DNA of 60,359 nt, filler included, from Hausera hauseri (GCA_046269625.1; 11 parts of 11 records of this genome joined end to end with filler, not necessarily neighbours in it), one strand, 5' to 3'. Numbered from the whole stretch's first letter, positions 48,601-60,359 are shown. Made by a program: numbers and translations. Notes: generated by a model not told the origin, from the letters alone.

Positions 48601-49652
48601 ACGTCGACGGTAAAAAGTTTTACGACAAACAGATTTTCGTTTTTTATTGATTTCAGCTCTCGTTTTGACCCACTCAACAGTCGACTCTTAATGTTCTGTA
48701 GTAATTCCCAGTACAGTACTAGTTCATCCTGATTCGTGAATTCCGTAAATAACGAATCCATTAAATGTTGATCATCATCAGTAAATGTCAGTGATTCTTT
48801 GAACTCGCTTTCTTTCAATGACTGATTTAAAACGGTTTCCCAAAATCGATGAAGAGCTATTTCATACACGATTGATTTCTTTTCGATTATACCTTCGATC
48901 AGTTCCTCTTTGGTCAGTTTCTTTATGGTACTGATAGATGCCAATTTAAAATTGCTGTTCAGTAGATTCAGAATTGTTTCCAATTTCATATACTCTTTTT
49001 GTAATTGACTTAATTCTGCTGTTTTACAATGGCGTCGCATTCCGATATTGAAGGCTGATTTGAAGGTTTCTGATAGAATGTCTTCTTTGCTCATTTTTGA
49101 ACAGATCTTCACTTCCTTAGCAAATTTTTCTGGTATTGAACTGGTGTCGATTTTGTGATTTTCCATCAGTTTTACAGATCGAAGAAAAGCAGCGAAGTTT
49201 ACTAAGTCCGATTGTTTTGTTGCTGGATCAATGCATGTTTTGAGAGTATACTTCAGAAATTCCTCGTCATTTCGAATACATTCAACTTTGCAATTTGGAA
49301 TGGTGTGTACGGCTGCTGTTAGAAGCGGGGCAGTTTCAGTCGTACTGAGAATCTTTGTTTTCAGCTGATCAATGAGATTATCTACGTTCCCATCTGAATC
49401 TGATTTACTTATATTCGAGATAATAGGCTGATATGCAACATCACTTTGTGGAACTCCAGACGAATTTTGAATATTGGCAATTTCTTGGTCCTTTACTTTA
49501 ATGGCTTCTTTAAGTTTCAACAGTTCTTCTTCAACTTCAATCTTTGCGTCTTCAATTTCCAATTTTAATTCATCATTTTCTTCATACTTCCATTGGAGCT
49601 CTTGATATTTCTGCTTTAGTTCAACATATTGTATATCTTTGTAGAGGCTATC
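45666..49652 (-). CDS. Very large uninterrupted coding exon (>1,300 codons): helical/coiled-coil orphan protein with a possible WD40-like repeat near the end
   Basis: 1298-aa stop-free ORF in AT-rich DNA. The frame extends upstream (DSLYKDIQYVELKQKYQELQWKYEENDELKL) to a plausible acceptor CTACAG at ~49653. GHIASVCQLSISQKACFIASGCSNGWINV is WD40-like. Confidence 0.75.
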   Translation of the reverse strand, partial: DSLYKDIQYVELKQKYQELQWKYEENDELKLEIEDAKIEVEEELLKLKEAIKVKDQEIANIQNSSGVPQSDVAYQPIISNISKSDSDGNVDNLIDQLKTKILSTTETAPLLTAAVHTIPNCKVECIRNDEEFLKYTLKTCIDPATKQSDLVNFAAFLRSVKLMENHKIDTSSIPEKFAKEVKICSKMSKEDILSETFKSAFNIGMRRHCKTAELSQLQKEYMKLETILNLLNSNFKLASISTIKKLTKEELIEGIIEKKSIVYEIALHRFWETVLNQSLKESEFKESLTFTDDDQHLMDSLFTEFTNQDELVLYWELLQNIKSRLLSGSKRELKSIKNENLFVVKLFTVDVTYDLISHILPKYPREIRYKLLDDTTEESIANVYKFYENLTVNFLDTVSDVIDLKYSSQTRKFPSVFAWYILQIFEKLDFENDFFTNTVKVATREMAITSITNKNRSTKPEKFTTKLVLIRNCKDQILEKITEFQFLSNLLDKTQTFESYKQKSDTELMKILIKQKEMLLKKLFKDSFSPKLESLTMPRNSTFLTSLSEKMIPIDIWVKIVLERYRQELLKEMKIFSDEELTTCLHRLFDAIRIVRPTFQIPSTKDKDRLWEIRNIVKYRQILTMLVNEKLFAKKIKLFLTESVEEMTNPNRVSELKSPKNETFLKKYFAHSAVNINNAEIEQLIKRLYDIDCQIFSGEDSEIEAKEFSLLTESEKDNEIIILRLIIAGFCFSEPFKFGRDLSSSKPEYDAWSVLKLLETAHLVVDPDAITEEVIGLKCQIIDNLHSRIKSTTSVSDEKLKIAYVDLLKLSSGTLNDSVDVSKAVKEFDKSDKKAKVTLFMNEANKIVNRVKVDRKKCIGNDDLEDNYRKVEQLLNVIEDHMSKENETLFSDVRRKLIEIRNIIYSEKENLNKTISRQEMINYLDDIGVWIDKQLNWIKKYSIQLINILKQLNAKADLDKRKLKYSFEILQTVSSSEQIFKAISNKTYGIGFHVMNTNSSFLLIGEKTPFARKLIKSISFDDTYLCFSNQIRKPYVVVGRFGKNPLNCRIFKRCDLCVPHFCIWCLIKNLRRLNRLLFGSPSLPTPSKQLRPKSNPTSPKSCNNHPTTTQCSGHSTPTSYCSTSSDEITKGNCDSFSYYQSLKYWLPDIYASDFGKLVLLIKLLSGHTEFREIDFRTGETDCHLNLNGHIASVCQLSISQKACFIASGCSNGWINVCHIKDSCLVIHRSNLNKNMTTVSNGELNLRPTILKPKSQFTISECLNFLPLTVYPNTGLPTTMITHTRNSLVEGPSVPAPVALCPLSFLIFTNTKHVHTLMVIHKRTSHPLY

Positions 49653-49984
49653 TGTAGGCAGATTTAATGGCTAGCTTTTTGTGCCTTTTCTGGTGGTTTT
49701 AAGACGCGGAAAATGTTCTTTTAAACAACTTATCTCATGGATTATTTTGAGAGTATCTGAACTTTTTAAAATGATAGTGCTGATTAACTATCGGCGAAAG
49801 ACAATATTTGTATATCGAAATGGTAAAGTTGCTATTTATATAAGTGATGTGTCTTATCCTCTGAAGAAGGCTATCAAACCGCGANNNNNNNNNNNNNNNN
49901 NNNNNNNNNNNNNNNNNNNNNNNNNNNNTTAATTAATTAANNNNNNNNNNNNNNNNNNNNNNNNNNNNNNNNNNNNNNNNNNNN

Positions 49985-50237
49985 GGGGGGGGGGAAGCAG
50001 ATGAGCGAGAGTGATTTGGACTCAATGGAAGAGACAATTAAAAAGGTTGACAGTGATTTGGTGCTGTTTAATGATATTCCGGACACATCGTCCATTTTTC
50101 CGAAAGGGAATCTAAAGAAAATTGTCAGTTCACGTGGAGGCGAAACGGCGGTTTTGCCACCGGAAGCAGCGAAAGGCTACCTGACACTGAAGTTCAAAGG
50201 ATTCGAGGAAATGAGCGGCATCAAATCCCCAATTTGA
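49985..50237 (+). CDS. 3' end of an unidentified ORF convergent with Maverick PolB
   Basis: 78-aa ORF at the contig edge, followed by AATAAA at ~50304. Confidence 0.3.
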
Positions 50238-50749
50238 AAAATGGGGAAGTTTAGTATGATTTAACTTACTTTGTCTGTTTCTGTGATTTTAGTGTCGCCG
50301 ATCAATAAATAATTGTATTCGTGTTTCATATTTTGTTTTCTCGTACAAGGTTATTGTTTTATTTTTACTTATATCTTACTTAATAATAACAGGGTAAATA
50401 AGTAACCGAAACCAAAACACAAAGACATTGAACAAAATACATTATTGAAATATAAAACAAAACAATATACAACGGATAATTGTCAATGATTGTCACAGTA
50501 ACTAAACTGAGCTGAACTGACAGAGCACCGATTGTTTCGACGTGCGTTTATTTCAGTCGCCAATATTTGTACGCCCAACTCTTATTTCGCCCCACCCACA
50601 TTCGTTTATCATTGGTACATGACAAAGCGACTTGACACTAGTTATTGTGTACAGCTGGTGCTCAACTGATTGGATTATCGTTTGAGACACAACAACCATT
50701 ATTTGTCCTCCTTTTGCTGCTGCTGCTTCTTCTTCATATATACGGTGAT

Positions 50750-53700
50750 AATCACCGTGGCTGATTTCCGTATGCTTCAGCTAGACTTTTTTCGTCCGAA
50801 TTTTCGGTCAACAGTCCATCAGAATATTGTAGAACTTTTGGGCGTAGGAATATCCACTCCCGATACTGAACCCTCCCATCACTTTTATCCTTGAAGCAGC
50901 AGATTTTGTTAGTGATCGCGCTGCTGTACAACGGGTGATTCGATGGGTAGTTGGACGTGTACTGTAATCCACCTGACTGCATTTGCTGCAGTAGTTGTTC
51001 GCGATTGACATTTATCAACCGCAAGAAAAAACTGTCTGTGTCACAGGCAATTATACTAATGTCGCAGCCGCCAAACATTTGCGGTAACGTGCCAAATTGC
51101 GATACTGTAGCTCACACATCCGCAACTTGTTCAGGTCCAATACCACTTGTCCGATGTAACTCGGCCGGTCCAGAACAATTTCTTCTCTGTTTAACAGCAC
51201 CGCAACCAATCCATCGGCAATGTGCATTAACCGCCGAAACTGTGCTTTGCTGATATACGTAACCAGCTGCTTTTCGCTGTCGCATAGGCGTACATTGAGC
51301 CACTTTTTCAGATTCTCCGCTGTTTTTCCGTACATGAAATTGTTTTTTAGCTTGTGATAGCCCTTTTCAAACATTGTACAAGCTGCGACTCTATCTCCGA
51401 ATTTTTATCTATGTACGCCTTTAATATGGGAGCTTCAGCAAATTGTACAGCAATGTAACTGTGCAACGAAAACACCGAGCTGCATGTAGAACTGTAGCAG
51501 ACGCCAATAAATCACGTAATTCAGCTTCGGTTCATGCGTCATGAGCAGTTTCTTCTCTTTTGAGCCTGGCGGACATTGATTAAATGGTGCAGCCGGTAAA
51601 TCATCCAAAGCGTTATGTAGCACATCTAATACAATGAGATCGACCTCCATCAGGTATCCGACTGAGCCTGCCATGTCTGCTCGTGGTAGGTTGAACATTA
51701 TGTCGTCAAGATCTTTTCTGTCGACTATCCATTCAAATGAACCGTACGGCAAGGGTTGTGAAAGCCCCAGTCGTACAGGTTATTAATATCAATATACATC
51801 AGTGATGTGGTATCGGTAGCACTGACCTGATGCTTGTTGACAAAGGTCATATCGCCGCGAATACCAACATTAAACAGCTGGTACATTTCCGGGTCTTGCA
51901 GCAGCTCAATGCCTCGATCCAGTAACATTAAAGTTGCATGGCTCCAGCCTATCTTCAGCCAACGCTTTGGCCCAAAAGGTATGAAACACATAGGCCAATA
52001 AGTATACGTCCAGTTTAACATACTTGATCATGTACTCCAACATGTTTCTACAGCCGAGCTCTGTCCAAGATTCTTGTGCTCTCCGATATTCAGCTTCTGT
52101 GATACATGTCCATCGCGGCGGTAATTCCTCTGCTGTCCGGAGTCGCTCATATAATGTAGCAAAGTAATATGGAAATATTCCTTTGCTGCGTGAAATATGT
52201 GCAGGTTACCGACACATCCGGCAAGGCATTTACCAGCTTCGCCAATGATTCATTGAGAAATTGCAATGAATCAAGGAAGCGTACCTGGAACCGGTTTATG
52301 CGTGTTGACAGGGCCAGGTACTTCTCCATTGTCGTTGGGATTATGGACAGTTCCCAGTGCGGAAATCCGTTAATGTCTCATTTGAGAATATGGTAACAGT
52401 TATAACCTCGGAAATTATGAAAGATCACCGGCAGGAATGGCTGCACACGCCTCGCTCATTTGCATGAATTACATGCTGCTCCTAAGTATCGACCGGCAAA
52501 ATGGTAGTGATCCGGTACGAGTCGTTCCTGTTCATCAAACGGTAATATTTTGTGGCACAGATAACATTTCTCTTTGACTGCAAACGTCAGGCGTTCATCT
52601 TCATCCGTCCAAATCAGGGGTTTTGTGCTGTTATTGCGATACCACGGTGCGATTTCCGATTCAACTATTGTTTCCAAATGATGCAGGAAATCATGCACAC
52701 AGTTCCAGCCGAGAAACATATAATACTGCGGTTGACCTGCAGTTTTTTTTCGGACGACCAACATTCCGACGGCAATTGGAACATTATTTCGATCGTATAA
52801 GTCGTGCCGTGGTAGGAATGCCTCAATATCAGCATATATCACATATTCTGGACTGTTCGTTTTAGACCAGTCACTAAACTGCAGCTCCTTTTTGACTGGC
52901 ATGACGTACGTTATTGTTCCTGATTCAATCTGTTTGCACAGCGTCACATGTTTTTCTCACGTGGTTTCTGATCTGAAGCTATGCAGACACGTAGGACACC
53001 ATTTACAACGTATTTGTTTTTGGACAAACTGATGGTGACCCATGTTCAACAGTCGGTCCAAATTTGTTACGGCCACGTAATGAAATTTTTCTGCCTTCTT
53101 TAACAATACCAAGTTTAATATGCGTCCATTTGGGTTCCGATTTCAATAGATTATATCCACATGTGGATTCTTGTACATTTCTTCGCGTGTTGGTATTTTA
53201 ACTATTGTATTGTACCGGAACACGTTGATTGACTGCGTCGGATTACGCCGTTCAAATGTTGGAATGGTTTTTAGTTTCATCGGCATCCCCTTTTCGTCGA
53301 ATTGCAATTCGGAAAAATACTGCTGATACTGACTTTCACAATATGCACTATGTCTGCCCACTTTGTCATATTTTAATACGCCAGAATATTGTAAATAAAA
53401 CAGTAATCATCGTCCGTGTTTTTTACATTCACTACCGCATAGGGGTGCTTTAGAGTTTTAGATGTGGGTATAAATGAACGTCCGGACGGGTAAATTATGT
53501 TACTTGACTTTGTTATAATAAAACCGAGAGTGACAATTTTTATTATTTGCCAACTACTGCCCTTTTCGGTGTATTTGGCAATTTCTTCGTCCAGCTTTTC
53601 GCCTATACCGGCAATAAAATCCTTGGAATATGGAACTGCTCGATGTGATAGCTACCATTGTTTCCTGTCACCTTCAACGTTTTCAAATTCTGCAAGTGCA

Positions 53701-54174
53701 TAATATTGCACTGTGCAGTTGTGATGTTTGAATTTCTTCACATCGTTTTATAATCGGTTGTGCACGTGAGCGGGTACATGCTTCAGTTGAACTGCTGATT
53801 TCGCCGACATGTTTACTTTTATGTCCACGTACGATCTGTTTAGGTCGTACTTGACAGTAATGGGCGGTTCCTGCTGCTGCTGCTTTTGCTGCTGATGCTC
53901 TGTAATGCTGTTTTTCAGGTATTCGTCAAGACTTGTTGATGATTGACGTTTCCTGCTTGTTGAGGGAATACTGCTTTTTGCTACCTCCATTAATATTTCC
54001 ATTTTGGACCTCTGAAACTGGTTCAAGTTGTCCTTGTGCTCATTATTAAATTGTTCATAGTTAATTTCTTCAACTATAGAACAACCGGGACAGACGTAGG
54101 CCCGTTTACCGTGCAACGTTGTGGCGCCATAGTACTTCTTCCTTTTACTATGGAAACAATCAACGTTGTGCACT
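50750..54174 (-). pseudogene. polB: Maverick/Polinton protein-primed DNA polymerase B, near full length, heavily frameshifted
   Basis: YVIYADIEA, DHYHFAGRYLGAACNSC, FHNFRGY, FLDSLQFL, GIRG, LMYIDINNLY, KLKNNFMYGKT, CDTDSFF and FLRPK in the expected order. Confidence 0.92.
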
Positions 54175-55284
54175 NNNNNNNNNNNNNNNNNNNNNNNNNN
54201 NNNNNNNNNNNNNNNNNNTTAATTAATTAANNNNNNNNNNNNNNNNNNNNNNNNNNNNNNNNNNNNNNNNNNNNTGAATCTGTTTGTAGTTGACCATTGT
54301 GTGCAAATATGAACAAGAGCATTAACAGAAAATACTGATTCAGACAAACAATTTGAAATCGGAAACAAGTATCTGAAAGGGGAGTTCGTTGTTAATAATG
54401 GTGATCTCAAATCAATATTGCAGATGAATCGCGGCATTAAATATCAAATTGCAAATACACTGATTGAAAGTTGTAAGATTCTAATAATCTAATTTTCTGG
54501 TTCAGTATTATCAACTCGAATATATCAGGTCTATCTGATGCAGTATTTCTAACACAAACGCACGGAACTAATGAAGAAGCTGTTCGAATTTGCTGAAGAT
54601 GGTGACTCACCAAACTTTATCTGGAGATTGTGTTTTCTTTATTGCTGATCAGAACTGTATGTTTGATAAAATATGACTGTTTACTTTACCAACAAAAAAT
54701 GATAAAAATACTATTGATACGCTTTCTTTGAATGAATGTTTTAATTTTTGTCCAACATTTGTTCGAAGAAAATTTCTGGTTACATAACGATGACTTCACA
54801 AAAGAATTAAAAACGGTTGTCAAAAAATCGTTTAACGAAATTAATGAATTCAATAACCATTTTTATTTATGGGATGAATTATACGTATACATCATAAATA
54901 ATGAATATTAGTCCATATTAATAATGATCAATAAGATGAATTTATATAAAAGTTATAGTTGGTATATGGAGATTATACTGATGAGTCATATATTGAAAAC
55001 AAGAACAAAATTCAAACCTCAAGGTCAATCACAACTCTCCAATGAATCAAATATCGATTTTCAAACCAACAACAGACTGATGGTAATTTTGATAACAGAT
55101 TCAAGTCAACACTGATTCAAGTCGAACACAATGCACTGAATTTGTGCTCATTTAGCATTGGGTATCACATTACGGCCATATTGCAGTGCAATATTCTGAT
55201 CGACTATTCGTCATTTACACAGCATCATTGTAATTAAATATCACGGTTTGGTCCGGTGAAAGTATTGTTCAGAATATTTCAAAC

Positions 55285-56580
55285 ATGGAGTCACTCATTG
55301 CACAGTTTTCCGCATTCAAAGTAACGACTTATTCGGGCATTGAAGATGCTGCTGATAAGGCGAGTTTCTTGTTCAGTGTGGCCATCTTGGTTGTGTGCTG
55401 TATCGTCATTACGACGAATCAGTATTTTCTTAGTCCAATTGCGTGTTACGTGCCAGTTATGGCGACTGGGAAGGATCTGGATTCATTCATTGTGAACTAC
55501 TGTTGGGTTCATGGTACTATTCCTTTTCTTTCTAACGAAACAATTCCCAATAAAAAAGAAGATTGGCTAATGTTGGATCAGAATAGGAGACTTAGTACGT
55601 TTGATTGGTTGAGTACAACCATATGATATATATAATCTATAGATTATTATCAATGGGTCTCCTTCGTCCTCGGACTTCAGGGGGTTCTTTTCTACCTACC
55701 CCGACTGATATGGCAAGCGATTACGTACAATCTCAGTGGAACCGACCTTGAAGGGTTGGTTAACACATCTAAGCAAGCAGTCAACCAAGTCGGTAAATCT
55801 AGAGAAGGAACTGTGGAGCAGATCGCAAAATGTTTGGAGGACATGTTTTTCCAACGGCGAATTTTGGATCACACGAACCATCCAATGCTAAGGAAAAAGG
55901 CGTCAATGTTCTGCTGTAGTCGACGTACCGGAGTGTTTCTATTTTCCATGTATTTTTTCATTAAGCTCCTCTACTTGGCCAATGCCATTTGTCAGATATT
56001 TATGATGCAGTATTTTCTGAGAATCGGAACTTTAATGCCCAACTCGGCGTTTGGGATAACGCTACTGCGAGATATTGTTGCTGGAGTAGAGTGGACTGAT
56101 AATTTAATGTTCCCTCGGGTTACGTACTGCTACATCGGTAATATTAAAGTAGTGGGACCGTCGAATAATTACCTTGCCCAATGTGCCCTACCGGTGAACA
56201 TGTTGAACGAGAAAGTCTTCATTTTCCTCTGGTTCTGGACAGTCGGTGTGTTAATTTTGACGGTTATTAGTATTCCCCTTTGGTTTTTGAAAATGACTTT
56301 CCTGAGAAAACGGCGAAATTTCGTGAAGAAATTTCTGAAGATCAAATGTGTATACGACAAGACGAATAATCGGGATTTGGTCGATAGATTTGTTACGATG
56401 TTTCTCCGTCATGATGGGGTGTTTCTATTGCATATTTTGTCCCTCAATGCTGGTGATCTGATTACGACTGATATTGTGACAAAACTGTGGGAGATCTTTC
56501 AGGAACACTATGTCGATCTGGATTTTAGAAAGGCTATGCCGAAAAAGGATGTTGGGTCAATGGATCAGTCATTTGTTTGA
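55285..56580 (+). CDS. inx: Innexin; exons 55285-55594 and 55643-56580 (415 aa)
   Basis: Splicing a 48-bp GT-AG intron (55595-55642) restores the signature NYYQWV. Also QYF..PIACY.P, NYCWVHGT, FPRVTYC, CALPVNMLNEKVFIFLWFW and FLRHDGVFLL. The frame is intact. Confidence 0.97.
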
Positions 56581-57697
56581 TTAGTGATATTTGGATGCAT
56601 ATTCCGTATTTCAACATAATTTTCGACTTCGTTAATGCATGTTAAATTCGCACTTATGTACAAGACAACAGAAATATTTAGGGTGACACATTAACTCAGA
56701 TCATCATCTCGAGGATCACCATGCCACAAAATTACCCTTGTATAGTATCTCCATGACCCAGTGCATTCAATCGGGTCCTTCATTAAGAGCAATGGGTCAA
56801 GGAGATGCAACACCAGGTGAAAATGTGGTATATTGAATTTTGGGTGGGGATAGTGAATATGTAAGTACAGGCACAATGTAACCCAAATTAATTTTGTAGA
56901 TGTATAGGCACTTATACATTATTCCCTTGTTAGTATTAAATTGTCCTGCAGAAATTCTGTTGATGTTCCTTCGATAAAATGTACTCAATGGTACTTATTC
57001 ACTTTACCCCCACCGTAGAAATATACGTAAAATTTGACTTCTACTGTTGTGAATATCCTGGCATCTAGTAACCCGAGATGAAGGTACTTTTTCATTGTAT
57101 ATTCGATATAATTACCACCCTCCTACATCCATGACAGGAAGTAAAACGCAAAAACGACTGCAAATAGTATTTTACTGCAAAAACAAACGTATAAATGTGT
57201 ATCGAACAATGCAATAGCTGAATTAATCAACCACCTAAACAGTAGCAGCAGTACCCGTGTACAACACTAACCAACGATAAATAAATAAAATAAATATATA
57301 CAAATTTGTTGTCTGTGTTCATTCATCGATAAGTCTACACCCGACTGAGGACGACAAATGTCGGAATTATCATTGTTGTTGTTGGCCATTTGTTATCGAA
57401 GTAATAACAGAAAGAAAAAACGTTAGTCTATAAAATTAATGTGTAGAAATTAAAATGCTTCCTTCACAAATGGAACACCACGCAGAAACAGAGATAGAGA
57501 CAAACAAGCAAGCAAACATTCAGAAGACGAAGAAGAAGAAGAGAAGCAGATTTTGCAGGAAAAGAAAATCTAAATGTGGAAAACGCAACTAGCCAATCAA
57601 ACGCAAAATCAAAACGCAATAAATTTGTTATTTCCATCATTACGCATCTCGCCTCCGTCACAACTCCACAAATGCGACGATTTGTGTGTGTATCCGA

Positions 57698-59647
57698 TTA
57701 GACATCACCTTCACGAAATTTCTGTCGACCATACAATTTATCGATATAGTCCTGGAATTTTATTTTGATCTCTCGACGTTTCAGTTTCAATGCATCGGTA
57801 ACGAGACCGCTTTCTGGTGTCCATGGTTTGGGATCTAAATGCACCTTTTCGGGAATCTCAAATCGTTCGACTTTCTTTTCGATACAGATCTTTCTCACTT
57901 CGTCCAGAACGGCATCTATCACCTGCAATGGAATAGCGGATTGGTGTCAATTGGTTCTCTCTTACACTCTCTCTGGGATTTATGGTTTATGGACGAGTTA
58001 TGACCATGACGTATTTCTGCACTTGTTCAATTTCCCCCTTTCACTATACCATACACGATATAATGCATTTCTGCACTTGTTCAATTTCCCCCTTTCACTA
58101 TACCATACACGTTATAATGCATTTCTGCACTTGTTCAATTTCCCCCTTTCACTATACCATACACGATAGAATTCATTTCTGCACTTGTTCAATTTCCCCC
58201 TTTCACGATATAATGCATTTCTGCACTTGTTCAATTTCCCCCTTTCACGATAGAATTCATTTCTGCACTTGTTCAATTTCCCCCTTTCACTATACCATAC
58301 ACGATAGAATGCATTTCGGTACTTATTCAAGTTTCAGAAAATTTCTAAACGTAATTGAGGAAAGGAGGCTAGAACAAGTGCAAAATGCTGTTACATTTAA
58401 TATGCCCCATTGCATAATTTTTGTTGCATCGACAAAATATTAGCATTAACAGTTACACAATAGAAATACAGTACTTCCATAAGTAGTATTATGAAATTCT
58501 CCAAACAAAACTCAGAAAATCGATGTACCCGAAAGGTGAAATGCATTGTCAAATGTCATCTAGAGTAACATAGAAAATGTCAGATACTGGAGCCATGCGC
58601 ATTGTAAATGACACCGATGATTTTGACATTTACTTCAGTTTTGTTTAAGGTCAAATAGTGGTTAGTTTGTCGAATGGTGTATATTTTCGATTAGTCGTAC
58701 AATTTTTGTAATTCGGCACTTGTTCAATTTACTCCAACATGCAAAATAAAGATTCTCAACCAATCGCAAAGCCCCTTCACTATTATAAATCGTCAAGAAC
58801 CCCCCCGACCAATCTCATTGTCATAAATCGTCCATTCAACAACGGTAATCATGGAAAACTACCTTCTTATCTTTACAAATAACTTCCAGATCATCACTGG
58901 AACATTCAATGCCGTACTTTTCCGCCAACTGAATAAGCTGTTTCTTTTTAGGGGAAATGAAACAAATCGTAAAGTTTTCTGAACTGTCCGCGTACACGCA
59001 GACAGACTCAACGACCGTTGATTTTGATATGGCTAATTCTACTTTGCCTAATGAGACGTACTCGCCACCTTGCAATTTTACGAGATCCTTCTTTCTATCG
59101 ATGATGGACAGACACCCATCTGCAGATATCAGCCCAATGTCACCTTTACATGATCGTGAAATGCTAACATTTGTTAGTGACTACCTGTGCAGAACCATCT
59201 GATACCCTTACCATCGACAAAAAATGCCTCCTCAGTTCTTTCTGGCTGTTTGAAATACCCTCTACTGACATTGTTTCCCCCGATTAATATTTCACCTCGT
59301 GGATACGGTTTATCACTTGGTGAATATCCCCCTTCTGGCCATTCACGGAGTTTTATCTCCAAACAGGTAATTGGAGATCCACCATGACCAGTTCGTAAAT
59401 CGTTCATTTTCATAATCGTACCACCGGCACAAGTCTCAGTCAATCCGTACCCTTGTACAATCGGACAGAAACAGATATTAACGAAATTCTGAGCCTCCTC
59501 ACTAAGTGGTGCACCTCCACTCAGCATATAATGGACTTTCCCGCCCAATAACTTTTTAATGCGGCGAAATACAATTCGATCCATAAATAAACTTGGATAT
59601 CCTCGACTCAGACGTTTTCTTTTGTAATCATAGGCCCATTTAAATAG
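57698..59647 (-). CDS. Long-chain acyl-CoA synthetase (ACSL3/4-like), 3' exons 59647-59185, 59143-58863 and 57922-57698
   Basis: SGGAPLS, QGYGLTET, PRGEILIGG, WFCTG|DIG across a 41-bp intron, IDRKKDLVKLQGGEYVSLGKVE and WTPESGLVTDALKLKR. GT-AG boundaries. The 5' exons were not found in the window. Confidence 0.95.
58011..58330. repeat. Intronic minisatellite, 54-bp unit with 42-bp variants
   Basis: GCATTTCTGCACTTGTTCAATTTCCCCCTTTCAC... units start at 58011, 58065, 58119, 58173, 58215, 58257 and 58311. Confidence 0.93.
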
Positions 59648-59824
59648 CTGAATGGCAAATTTATAAAATATGATGGCTCCATCATCAATGTCAGTCATTT
59701 ATGCATGTTTGTATTGAATTAATATCGATATTATACATTCCCATATTCTAGTGGATAAACTATAATTCAAATTATCGATATTATTGATTAATATCTAATT
59801 ATTCCAGAATTACTAATTGGTGTA

Positions 59825-60270
59825 GAGTAGTGACGAAAATTATAGGCAAGGATGTCCATAACAAAGAAATCTGGCCGTTCCAGCTTTCTTACAGACAGAG
59901 TGAAGAATCATCTTGCAGTTCTGATTAAAAAGACCCCCAATGCGACAGCTAAGTCATTGGCAGCAGAATAAACAGTTAGGACATGGACAAATCTTAAGCT
60001 TGGCTTGGAAGCAGAAAAGCCAGTCAGAAAGTGCCCTGATTTTTGTAACCAGTTTAAGAATTGGACGTTTCAACGGTGGAAAAATGTCAAAGATGCCTCG
60101 GTCAGGAAACTACCCATATCTTAACCAAATCGACTGCCAGGGAGCATGTTTGAAATACGGAAAAATTGGTCCAGTCGATGCCCAGGAGAATCGCCGAAGT
60201 CATAGAAAATCAGGGCTTTGCCACTAAATAATTGAAATTGCTACTGTCCCTATAATTTTCGTCACTACTG
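59825..60270 (+). mobile_element. Non-autonomous Tc1/mariner-type element (internally deleted)
   Basis: 22-bp TIRs GAGTAGTGACGAAAATTATAGG / CCTATAATTTTCGTCACTACTG (1 mismatch), flanked by TA on both sides. Internal PRSGNYPYLNQID..ACLK resembles the transposase WPxxSPDLNPIE motif. Confidence 0.85.
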
Positions 60271-60359
60271 TATTTGTATTTCCGTTGCGATATCCATTGA
60301 TCTTTCGGTTATCTCGCATTTTTCAGCGTTTTATCATCATAGTTGCATAATATTTGACG

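Noticed and set aside
54275-54720. 3' exons of a host gene upstream of innexin
   Set aside because: A GTAAG...CAG mini-intron is plausible, but the frames contain stops and no family is recognisable.
57982-58443. 153-aa Cys/His repeat protein (HFCTCSISPF)n
   Set aside because: It is a translation of a 54/42-bp minisatellite inside an ACSL intron on the opposite strand.

Overview
This is not one locus. It is 11 unrelated contigs joined by artificial 100-bp linkers (44 N + TTAATTAATTAA + 44 N). Most contigs look like an AT-rich invertebrate genome with very short introns (innexin, ACSL, UBA1-like and NRPS-like sequences). One contig (41047-45493) looks like teleost DNA. The window holds a 68-bp satellite array with higher-order structure and four decayed, diverged copies of one CsRn1/Kabuki-like Ty3/Gypsy family. 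It also holds a different Gypsy pol preceded by a chuvirus-like glycoprotein gene, two decayed Maverick/Polinton (adintovirus-like) contigs (one truncated by a Penelope-like GIY-YIG fragment), a Tc1-type MITE, a LINE 3' end and an orphan exon of about 1,300 codons. The most interesting signal is in the four-copy Gypsy family. Gag is preceded in frame by a putative ubiquitin-like domain ending in HFxxRGG or a one-change variant. The same family has a doubled CHCC knuckle, a conserved -1 frameshift signal and no recognisable 5' LTR. All family assignments come from motifs recognised by eye; no database searches were run.
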